Shown one piece after another: positions 51,111-61,727 of a stretch of 64,000 nucleotides of DNA. Positions within the stretch are counted from its first letter, which is position 1. The number at the start of each line of letters is the position of its first letter. Source of the DNA: Haliotis rubra (taxonomy: Eukaryota); assembly GCF_003918875.1 (NCBI RefSeq), contig NW_025765159.1, positions 1,798,001 to 1,862,000 on the forward strand. Direction: 5' to 3'. Below the pieces are notes generated by a model. That model was not told the origin of the DNA and made no database searches. It saw only the letters and a program-made list of their open reading frames with translations. Made by a program: the position numbers and the translations under genes.

Positions 51111-51285
51111 ACAGTAGACTACGTTTATAACGAACTCGCTTATTACGTACTGACGGATAAACCGAATCAGCTTTCCTGGCCCCTGCAGCTTATATACGTG
51201 TGTACATGTACGTTTTAGTTGAACAACGGTTATACCGAACTAGAAGTACTGATCCCTGTGAGTTCGATATAACCGTAGTTTACAA
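51111..51285. mobile_element. Tc1/pogo-like MITE
   Basis: TA-CAGTAGACTACGTTTATA ... TATAACCGTAGTTTACA. Confidence 0.6.
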
Positions 51286-51532
51286 TATGGAACCATTTAT
51301 AATTATTTGTGGCTAGGGGGTTGATGATGATTTTGATGGAGAAGCATGTACAATGTGAATGACCCCCCTAATATTTATGTACAAAGTCTCCCCCCTCCAC
51401 CTTTCATGTCATGTACAAAAATCAATGACACCCCCCAGTACATGTAACGATTTACTTGGAAATAAACGTAGTTTCATCTAAACATTATTTGGACTGTGGT
51501 GATTCAACTGCAAACTGATTTTATTGTTGTAT

Positions 51533-52353
51533 GGGGACAGTAGGGTAGCCCAGTGGTTTAAGCGTTCGCTTGTCACACCGTGGAGACCCGGGTTCCATTC
51601 ACCACATGGGTACAATGTGTGAAGCCCATTTCTGGTGTCCCCCGCCATGATATTGCTGGAAAATTGCTAAAAGCGGCGTAAAACTAAACTCACTAAATAC
51701 TGTAGAACGACAGGCAAATGAGTGAGTGAGTGAGTGAGTTAGTGAGAACGCATCATAACAGTAATGTGGTTATATCATGGCGAGTAGGACGAAAGCCCGA
51801 AGTTCATGTCACGAACAATGGCTTACTTATTCCTTCTCAGTCATTAGGGCATCAGTGTTCACACACGCAGACAGTGCTGCCAATATATTTCCTCTCGTGT
51901 CTGGTACATCCATACTTACACGATGCTGGTGTTTCCGATCTTTTCATTCTTACATGGCGTTGGTATTTCCTATCTTTCCCTGCTCACATTCTCCTGAGAT
52001 GCCATGAATCACTTCAACCCTCCCTTTTCTTATACCGTCCTCCGCCACTGGAATTAATCTACCCACGCATTGTTGCAGAGACGTGCCCCCCTCAGAACAA
52101 ACTCTGGTATTAATCTCCCCACACAGTAATGTAGAGACGTGACCCCCTCAGACCAAACCCTGGTATTAATCTTCCCACGCAGTAATATACAGAGAGTGGG
52201 TTGGGTTTTACGCCGCTTTTAGCAATATTCCAGCAATATCACGGCGAGGGACACTTGAAATAGGCTTCACACATTGTATCCATGTGGGGATTCGAACCTG
52301 GGTCTTCAGCGTGACGAGCAAACGCTTTAACCACTAGGCTACCCCACCGCCCC
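51533..52353. mobile_element. SINE-A on plus (51533-51694) and SINE-A on minus (52193-52353)
   Basis: Consensus matches. The minus copy splits a ~60-bp tandem repeat and has TSD CAGTAATATA. Confidence 0.88.
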
Positions 52354-52479
52354 CAGTAATATAGAGACGTGCCCCCGCAGGACAAACCCTGGCCTCTTGT
52401 TTCAGGCATTGGGTTAATTATGTTCTGTTCACGTCCTGTGTACCTTTACTACAGCGCAGATCAATGACCTTCAAATGCA

Positions 52480-53480
52480 ACAAACCTCACCATGTTCCGC
52501 CCCAACATCACTAATACTAGACACACTGTTGGAACCTCATGACACTCGTTCTGCCCGTAATACAACCCTGACCCATCGTACCCTGGACGCATCACTACCA
52601 GTTCCCTATCTGTTTTGCCTGAGGTTCTGCCCGTTATACGTCCCAGACCCATCGTACCCTGGTAGCACCATCACCTATTATGTGCCTGAGATCGCTCCCC
52701 GGTATACAGTCAAAATGCCTGAGGTTCTGCCCGTTATACGTCCCAGACCCATCGTACCCTGGTAGCACCATCACCTATTATGTGCCTGAGATCGCTCCCC
52801 GTTATACAGCCAAAATCACCAATAGCAGACACACACTCTAGACACATCGTGACCGTCTGTTCTGCTTGAGGTTCTGCCCGTAATACACCCCAGACCATCG
52901 TACCCTAGCACCATCACCTATTGCCTATCTGAGCTTCCACCCGTTATACATCCCAGACTCTCCATCACCTGTTGCCTATCTGAGCTTCCACCCGTTATAC
53001 ATCCCAGACTCTCCATCACCTGTTGCCTATCTGAGCATCCACCCGTTATACATCCCAGACTCTCCATCACCTGTTGCCTATCTGAGCTTCCACCCGTTAT
53101 ACATCCCAGACTCTCCATCACCTGTTGCCTATCTGAGCTTCCACCCGTTATACATCCCAGACTCTCCATCACCTGTTGCCTATCTGAGCTTCCACCCGTT
53201 ATACATCCCAGACTCTCCATCACCTGTTGCCTATCTGAGCATCCACCCGTTATACATCCCAGACTCTCCATCACCTGTTGCCTATCTGAGCTTCCACCCG
53301 TTATACATCCCAGACTCTCCATCACCTGTTCCCCGTTTGAGGTTGTCCCCCATTATCCATCCCAGACACACCATCACCTGTTGCCTATCTGAGCTTCCAC
53401 CCGTTATACATCCCAGACTCTCCATCACCTGTTCTGTGTCCGACGTTGTCATCCAATATACAGCCCAGACCACTAACTCA
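52480..53480. repeat. 51-bp minisatellite (core about 52910-53450), with diverged upstream units and a 100-bp duplication
   Basis: CTATCTGAGCTTCCACCCGTTATACATCCCAGACTCTCCATCACCTGTTGC. Confidence 0.95.
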
Positions 53481-53526
53481 AGACCCAAGCCGTAACCCTC
53501 CCTGATCGACTGTTCTCTACCCCCAG

Positions 53527-53665
53527 CTTCTGATGTTCGTGTACTTCCTGACCCTGGTGTGGATTCTGGCCCTGGCTCTACTGACCGTTCCCCTGGTGCT
53601 GCTGGGCCTGATGTTCATCCTCACTGAACACATGGGCGTCAACTGCATAGATCTCAAGAACTACG
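53527..53665 (+). CDS. M6: Proteolipid M6/PLP-family exon 4 (TM3 + start of second extracellular loop); gene continues 3'
   Basis: Acceptor TTCTCTACCCCCAG, phase 0; donor G|GTAAGA. Encodes LLMFVYFLTLVWILALALLTVPLVLLGLMFILTEHMGVNCIDLKNY(G). CIDLKNYG matches the PLP-family CxDxRxyG motif. Confidence 0.9.
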
Positions 53666-53699
53666 GTAAGACACACACGTACTATTTACCTACATTAAG

Positions 53700-54096
53700 A
53701 AAAACTATTTCCAATTTAAATTCTCTTAATACCCCTGACAGGCAAATATAGAAAAATATCTTTTTCAAAAGTCGGATGTTTTATAAGTCTCTATTTTCCT
53801 AATTTGTAAGGAATATAAACAGTGCAATAATAAAGACTATTTTCAACTGAAACTGAATACCCCTGACAGACAAATAGGGAAAAATATCTTTTTCAAACGT
53901 AGAACGGTTTATTAATTTCTATTTTCCTAAATTATAAGGAATTTTAACAGTGCAATAATAAATTCTATTTTCAACTGAAATTCAAATAATACCCCTGACA
54001 GGCAAATTGGGAAAAAATCTGTTTCAAAAGCAGAATGGTTTATAAGTTTTATTTTCCTTAATTCTGAGGAATTTTAACAGCGCAGTAATAAAAACT
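53700..54096. repeat. ~130-bp AT-rich tandem repeat, 3 copies
   Basis: AATACCCCTGACAG(G/A)CAAAT..TTTTCAAA..TATTTTCCT..AAGGAAT..AACAGTGCAATAAT occurs three times. Confidence 0.9.
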
Positions 54097-54615
54097 AAGC
54101 ATTAAAACGTCTTCCTCTTTATTGGTCCTATTGCCAAAGCATCAGTTTCCGCAGCAAAGACATAACACAGTTAAAACTTTATTAAGATGAACTTGAGATG
54201 TTCAATTCCAATTTGGGGAATTACACTTGCTATTTGATCCCGACTTCGGGCAGAATATCACCCATGAACAGGTGCTGATAATCCCCTTCTCTTAGACGCT
54301 TAGTGCAATCAACGAGCGTCTTAAACATGTTTCCCATCCATTGAACTTAATCGTGACTATCTGGTAAAACCATCCAGCTATCACCGTGAAGGTTAAGTAG
54401 GGTTCAAGGCGTACGTATAGAGAATTCTACCCGAGAGTCTTCCGAGGTCAGCTATATTAAGGCGAGTTATAATTATCCAAGCTGGCCGATGATTTCTTAA
54501 CTTCAATCAACGAGTCTGCATCTCTTTGACCTTGGAATTAGCATGAGGAATCTTTCTACGAACTTTTTCAGTTTGTTGAAAATTGTAAGCAGTGTCTTGA
54601 GTTTTAAGGGCAAGG

Positions 54616-54720
54616 TGCCGTTGTACAAAAAACCTTAGCGCTAAGACTACCGTAAGTCTATGTTAAGGTGTGGTAGTCACGGTCACTTTAGCGTTAAGAT
54701 GGCTTTGTACAATCGCACCC
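54616..54720. mobile_element. Palindromic MITE (PIF/Harbinger-like)
   Basis: GGTGCCGTTGTACAAAA..CTTAGCGCTAAG / TTTAGCGTTAAG..CTTTGTACAATCGCACC. Confidence 0.65.
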
Positions 54721-56430
54721 AGGTAACCTCCAGAGTAGCAGAGATTATAGTGACGTCATGTGAGTCTGACGTCATGGTACCGATGAGGCCACAATGAACT
54801 GGAAAGCATTTATTTCTATCTTTACCGCAGTGATATCTTAGGAGATATTAATTTATCTCATCCGAGCTATATTTCTGTTGAAGTAAGTTTTGGTTGATAA
54901 CGTGAAGTATTATCCCCGATTCCAACGATAGGAAAGCACAAATCCGGTTTCTCACTCGCCTGAGGGAGGCTAATCTACTTAGCGAATTGCCACGCCTTAG
55001 ATGACATTGTCACCTGTGCCAGCAATTAGATTCAGAATAGATCTGGGCACCAGGTCGTTGATCCAAGTTTAGAATCTGACTATTAAACCTGACAATAACC
55101 GACAAGCAAATAATCAACACGTGAACATGCTGCGATTGGAAGATCGTTTTGTTGAGCTCACCAAAATGGAAACCAATGAACGCATTGGAAAGTTCAATGC
55201 CTATGTTTGTGTACGGCGATATGTTTCGCCCGAACGATGGCTAAAAGCGAGACAGTTATTGACGTGTAATTCGTCATATTATTGATGCGGCTGACGTTAT
55301 TCTGGCATCAGGACAAAATTAGACTTGGTAATTCTAGTATTGACAAAGTGAGCTTCAGCCAGACTATGGGTGGAGTCGGCTTGTTTCCCGCGTAACCTAA
55401 AATCCAGTTATCAGAATGTTACAATTCAGGGCTAGATATTCTTGAAAATATTTCAGTTAGTGGTTGTGTGCAATGTAGAACATGTCTCCATCACGACGTA
55501 TATATCTTGAGTTTCATTGTCAACAACACAACAAGGGCGTTACCCTCTTAACCAGCTGCCTGTTTTTTGCAATGGTTGTATCAGACCAAGATGGAGGGGC
55601 TCGATACAACGTCCCTTTCCTTTGGCCCACATTTCTGCGACAGATATATCCAAAAACGTGCCGAGTGCCAAATAAAGTTGATCCTGTTTTTCCGCAAAGG
55701 CTGACACTGCCTTATCAGTGTGCCCTACTCCAACACTAAAAGCCGTCTTTGTTTTAGCCATAAATTGTGCTACTTGTTGATCGGCTAAGCTGGCAGACGA
55801 CACCGCTTGAGCTCGTGCAGCGCAGCATGCAGGTTGGTTCGTGCCCTGCATTCTCTGGACATGTGCAGCTTGACATACAAACAGACGACAACTGTGGAGT
55901 GCTTTCCGTATGCAGCACTTACACCACAAGAAGAGGAAGCCATATTCACGACTTGCTTCTAAGGCTGGAAAAAGATCGATAAGGATTAATCATGTTTGCA
56001 TATTGACCTGACACACATATATGTTGAGTCCCTGGCTCGGTATCGATAACTGTTTGAGGCGCACAGTTTTGGACTAATTCAAAACTAGAATTCCTTTTCT
56101 AGTGTTAAGTGGTAATCTGACGCAGTACATCACGGTGACGAGCAGAAAGCGCCCGCGGTCTTAATATGTGACCTTTTAAGAGGTATGCCCCGAAACTGCC
56201 AGTATATATGAAAGAGTGGGAGCTTTGCGCAGTACCAGACTAAACCATTACACTCAATTGAATAAAAAGGTTGATGATACCACTTGTTTCACAAGGGAAA
56301 AGCCTTTCACATCAAATGCCAAATGTGAACTGTTGATAGGTAAATGGGAAGCCCATTTTCTGTTCGCACATAATTTATGAACGATGTGGTGTGGATGGTG
56401 GATAAACCGCACTTGCACATCCTTCTACGA

Positions 56431-56677
56431 GTGAGTGAGTGAATTTAGTTTTACGCCGCACTCCGCAATATTCTAGCCATATGGCGGCGGTCTGTAAATA
56501 ATTGAGTCTGGACCAGACAATCCAGTGATCAACAGCATGAGCCTCGATCTACGCAATTGGGATGTGTAATGTCATGTGTCAACCAAGTCAGAGAGCCTGA
56601 CCACCCTATCCCGTTGGGCGCCTTTTACGACAAGCATGGGTTACTGAAGATCAGTTCTAACCCGGATCTTCACGGGC
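56431..56677 (-). mobile_element. SINE-B, full length, with TSD
   Basis: TSD CCT(T/C)CTACGA at 56421-56430 and 56678-56687. Confidence 0.9.
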
Positions 56678-57241
56678 CCTCCTACGAACATGCGTCAGTT
56701 CTAAGATCGACAAAGTGTTGTCCTTACAGATTAACACGTCTTGGAAAGTCATGGCATACAGTGTCGTCCTTCTACATCGTGTTATTCAAGCAATCACGGT
56801 TCAAACCACAGAATTTTAACTGGTAGGTAGGGTGGCCTTGCCGTTGGATCGTTCATTTGTCACCCAGAAAATCTGGGTACGATCTCAGCATAGGTTCAGT
56901 ATGTGAAGCCCAATCTGTTTGTCCTTCTCGATGATATTACTCCTACAACCCCAAACGGGAGAATCTTGCCCATTTATCCACCTTGCCTTGGCGTCTGGAT
57001 GAACGGCTGGCAGTATTGACGCTCCCGGCTTACGCTTCAGTCAATTATCACCAACACGAATGGCCCATTGTGCCATCATCAGTGTTAAGCCACATTTTTC
57101 CCCTTAAAAATTGGTTAATCAGAGTTTCTTCAAGGATCAGATCGCAGTGTCTTTTTTGTGGGCTGGCAACTCGGAAAAGACTCTGCTTTTAGCCGAGATT
57201 TGTTATCGTTATGAAATGATCTTGTCCTTTGTTTGCTTGTA

Positions 57242-57396
57242 CAGGGGAGGATACAGCTTTTTTAGAAAGGGGGGTGCATACTATTGAGAAACGGGAGGGT
57301 GCACAATTAATTTTCACCCGAGTTTCAATGGTCATTTAATAAACTTTCAGGACAAAAAGATGTGGGGGGTGCTACCCCCCTTCTGGATCCGCCTAT
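57242..57396 (+). mobile_element. MITE (CAGGGG.GGATACAG..CTGGATCCGCCTATG); inverted partial copy at 58638-58751
   Basis: The internal TTTTCACCCGAGTTTCA.TGGTCATTTAATAAACTTT is shared in reverse complement. Confidence 0.75.
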
Positions 57397-57688
57397 GTTA
57401 TAGATTCTGCTGGAAGCAACTCATAATAGTTATTCGCCATTTTTAGAGAAAGTCACAATTAATCACTGTTTTTTTTATGAATTTCGAACTTCTCAGAAGA
57501 TCCCAGGTGTCTATTGGCGTGGATAATCTACCCCATATAGCGGGGTGTGGTGGAGGGGAATCGAACCCGGCATGACGAGCGAACGCTTTAACCACTAGGC
57601 TACCCCACTGCTTCGACTCCAGATAGCCGAGTGACGAAGCAACTGAAATATTAAACAGATTGATGGCAAGTTCCCAGTTGTAGGAAAG

Positions 57689-57909
57689 AGCAGACGACAT
57701 TGAGAACATGCACACCTGAAGATAGCTCAGAGCAGACGACATTGAGAAAGGGCACACGTGAAGATAACTCGAAGCAGACGACATTGAAAGCATTCACACG
57801 TGAAGGTAGCTCGGAGCAGACGACATTGAAAACATGCACATGTGAAGATAGCTCGGAGCAGACGACATTGAAAACATGCACACGTGAAGATAGCTCGGAG
57901 CAGACGACA
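57689..57909. repeat. 42-bp minisatellite, about 5 copies
   Basis: AGCAGACGACATTGAAAACATGCACACGTGAAGATAGCTCGG. Confidence 0.93.
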
Positions 57910-59368
57910 CAAATCTTGCCAAATGCCTGGGAACAGTGCGAAAACAGTATGCACCATAATCACAAATTGCGCTCAAATGGTATGAACCGGATGGACATGG
58001 TGCTCAAAGCTACGTACATCAGAGAAAAAACAACGTGAAAACGAGGGAAATTGATTGGCTGAAATACCACAATGCATGACGAGCATATTGTCCAGAGCAG
58101 ACGTCCCAACATATATAGCATATGTATGTTATTTTCAGTGAATTACTGTCAGTCGAAGGAAAATATGTTTTAGCAGACGACAAACCCTGTGAAGTGAAGA
58201 ATATTATTGACGGCAGACGACATGGCCGTTTCAAACACTGACATATTCCAGAACGGGAAAGATGTCGCAGTTGACAATGACAGAGTTAATTATCACGTAA
58301 CAAGGCGCTGACTCCTTTCCATGACGTACAGAATTGCTGTAACAACTAGCAGATGGGTAATGGCTGCGGATGCTGAAGGTGGTGGCGCCCTGATGCTGCG
58401 AAGTAATCCTTGGCTGCATAATGGTCGGATTTACACAAATGTCCGCTTCATGTGCCCTTTACGTTGCAAGGAACCTGAAGCAGAGCCGTCTTTTTGCAGT
58501 ATGACTGAAATAAACACGAGTCTTCCCTCTGTATTCTGCCCTTGGCTGTCGTAGTGATACTGAACCTATTTAGCAAATACAGTAAACTACATTTGTACGT
58601 CCATAACGAACACGTTTATAATGAATGGTTAAGAGGTTGTCCTCAAAGTTTATTAAATGACCACTGAAACTCGGGTGAAAATGAAATGTGCACCCCTCCT
58701 TTTCACAATAGTGTGCGCCCCTCCTTTCTTAATAAGCTGTATCCGCCCCTGCTGAAGTAAGCTCTTCAACTTCATCCTAATCATACTTTTCATTACAAAA
58801 ACATTTTGTTATAACTCGTAGGAATCCCCCGTGGTAAATGAATCTGGTGTAAACCAAACACACTGACCATCAAGCGTCAACAGTCCGTGTGTTGTAAGAT
58901 ATAGTGGCAATCAATTACCACTCTCTGCTGAACACTCCACAGTCTAAGATGAAACGCGGTGTTTTGAAACTAGATCTCCATTGATGGACTGCAGCCATCA
59001 AACTTAATGCCGAAAATGTACGGGAATGATTCATTGGATGACCTTAAACTCCAGTAAGAGAATCTTGGCAAGTGCTCTCTGTTGGTCGTCTGGGCCCAAC
59101 GCGTTTCCGAACTACACAGTGCAAGGCTGATTATGTCCGTCCTCGGGTAATTAGGTTCCTTGAGAGAAACCTAGAACCAATGTGTCCTACATATCGACTC
59201 GAGGGAAGACAATGTGTCTTCGTCCTTATAATCAAGTTAGAAGCCTGGCTTTGGATCAATTGGAGTAGGTGAAACATGTTTTACTCCGACTTCAGCAATA
59301 TTCTACCTTTATCCTCATGGTCTGTAAAAGGCTAGGATGTTGACAGCATGAGCAGCAACACATGCCCA

Positions 59369-60037
59369 CGTGACACACTGACACCCAATCATCATGTTCA
59401 CGCTCAGTGAACACCCAATCCAAATGTTGCAAGCTGATATCAGTGCTGGAGCATTATTCCGTCTTCGTGACACACTGACACCCAATCATCATGTTCACGC
59501 TCAGTGAACACCCAATCCAAATGTTGCTAGCGGATATCAGTGCTGGAGCATTATTCCGTCTTCGTGACACACTGACACCCAATCATCATGTTCACGCTCA
59601 GTGAACACCCAATCCAAATGTTGCAAGCTGATATCAGTGCTGAGCATTATTCCGTCTTCGTGACACACTGACACCCAATCATCAATCATCATGTTCACGC
59701 TCAGTGAACACCCAATCCAAATGTTGCAAGCTGATATCAGTGCTGGAGCATTATTCCGTCTTCGTGACACACTGACACCCAATCATCATGTTCACGCTCA
59801 GTGAACACCCAATCCAAATGTTGCAAGCTGATATCAGTGCTGGAGCATTATTCCGTCTTCGTGACACACTGACACCCAATCATCATGTTCACGCTCAGTG
59901 AACACCCAATCCAAATGTTGCTATTCAGTGCTGGCAGCATTATTCCGTCTTCGTGACTCACCCAATCATCATGTTCACGCTCAGTGAACACCCAATCGGA
60001 AGAGGATATCAGTGGAGCATTATTCCGTCTTCGTGAC
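59369..60037. repeat. 97-bp tandem repeat, about 7 copies
   Basis: CGTGACACACTGACACCCAATCATCATGTTCACGCTCAGTGAACACCCAATCCAAATGTTGCAAGCTGATATCAGTGCTGGAGCATTATTCCGTCTT. Confidence 0.96.
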
Positions 60038-60120
60038 TTCCGGATGGATGGAAGGGATAGATGCTGAAGCAAATATGCTTACTTTTTTAAAGTCCAGTCC
60101 CAATATGGGACCTGTAGGAC

Positions 60121-60281
60121 TGAGTGAATATGGTTTTACGCCGCTATTGACAATATTCTAGCAATATCACGGCAGGGGACACCAGAGATGGGCTTCACAC
60201 ATTGTACCAATGTGGGAAATCTAACACGGGTTTTTGGCGTGACGAGCGAACACTTTAACCACTAGGCTACCTCACCACCCA
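60121..60281 (-). mobile_element. SINE-A
   Basis: Flanked by CTGTAGGA direct repeats. Confidence 0.88.
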
Positions 60282-61572
60282 CTGTAGGATTGAGTTTGCC
60301 TGAGTGTGGTGAATGCTTTACTGTTGGGGAGCAGTGACGGTGACGGACGTCGTAGACTTTCGTCACCTTATTGAAACCCCCATAGTACTAACGACAACTA
60401 CCATCAGCGGGTTCAACACAGCAAAGGGACGCAACTCTGCAATCTATCTGGTACCAACAAGTGCAACGCCTGAAGTTTAATATGTAGCTATTGGTTTCTT
60501 AGGCTTGTGTTTCCATCGCAGTTAATAGGCAACCCTGAACCAATGTATTCTATCAGAGGATTGCAGTCAGTGGGAAGACATGTGTTTTTTTATCAGACTA
60601 TTTCAGTCCATCCAAGACAAAGAAAACCCGCAGGAACACAAGAAAGCCCAAGATTAATGAATATATGAAACCAAATCGATATCCCGTTTTCACAATAAGG
60701 ATTGAAATTCTATATATGCCGTCGTCTGGATTTGGATTTCTATTCCTCAGGTACTGAAATTCAGCTTAGAAGGTAATTGCTAGCATTGTATTTTCCGCTG
60801 GGCTCAGACGAAATCCTAAACAGTGATATGCATTGCCCCAGTGGCAGGATTAGCATCAGTGTTAAACTGCTTGTAATGGATAGGCAGTGGAATACTTTGG
60901 AGCACATTCAATTGCAAATGAACGGAATTCCATCTCAGAGACTGGCCCGACTCCCTGGAATATTGAACAACTCCGAGCAAGCATATTATCCTAATGGTGT
61001 AGCTGCATAGACTCGGGTCTGTTTCTGATGTGGTAGATATGCGATGGAAACGCGATATATTTACTTTAGCCACTTCAGATTGGTAGCAGGTAAGCTCCTA
61101 GAGAATTCTGGAATAAGTGCCAATAGAAGTGGTGTGAAAGCGTTTCCTTGACGACGCAACAAACATATTTCGGGTGTTATCTCAAGGGTGTGTGAAGCAG
61201 GACATGTTTACCTTTCTCGAGAACACCTGGTGTCACCACTGTTTTTCATTGATCCATATCATATATTATTGACCTTTGTGCCCCATGGAATTTGTTTCGA
61301 CGGATAATCGAGGCTGATTATTATCTCGCGTTGATGTTTGGAGTTTTACAATATGGTTGGAACTCGAAAGTCTGGACATTTTCAAAGTTTTTAGATCAAG
61401 GTATATTGAACGTGCTCAGGTAGGAACACATGCCCCGTCCGAGCAGCTTGTGATGATCCTGCCGACAGAGCCAGTATACAACACTCATTTTATGGTGGCT
61501 CAGTACCTAAGGTGTTCTCGCTGGTTTATTTCCAGGATGTGTACAAGCTCCCTCTGTCCTCAAATGCTATGA

Positions 61573-61727
61573 GGGGCGGCGGGGTAGCCTGGTGGTAAAG
61601 CGTTCGCTCGTCACGCCGAAGGCCCGGCTTCGATTCCCTACATGGGTACAATGTGTGAAACCCATTTCTGGTGATATTGCTGAAATATTGCTAAAAAGCG
61701 GCGTAAAACCAAACTCTCACTCACTCA
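61573..61727 (+). mobile_element. SINE-A, small internal deletion
   Basis: Consensus match, flanked by CTCAAATGC direct repeats. Confidence 0.85.

Noticed and set aside
52918-53325. ORF with (MESLGCITGGSSDRQQV)n
   Set aside because: It is a translation of the 51-bp VNTR antisense to the intron; the flanking diverged units do not keep frame.
55482-55982. Overlapping 70-129-aa ORFs
   Set aside because: No recognisable domain or splice structure. It could be a decayed transposable element but I cannot support that.
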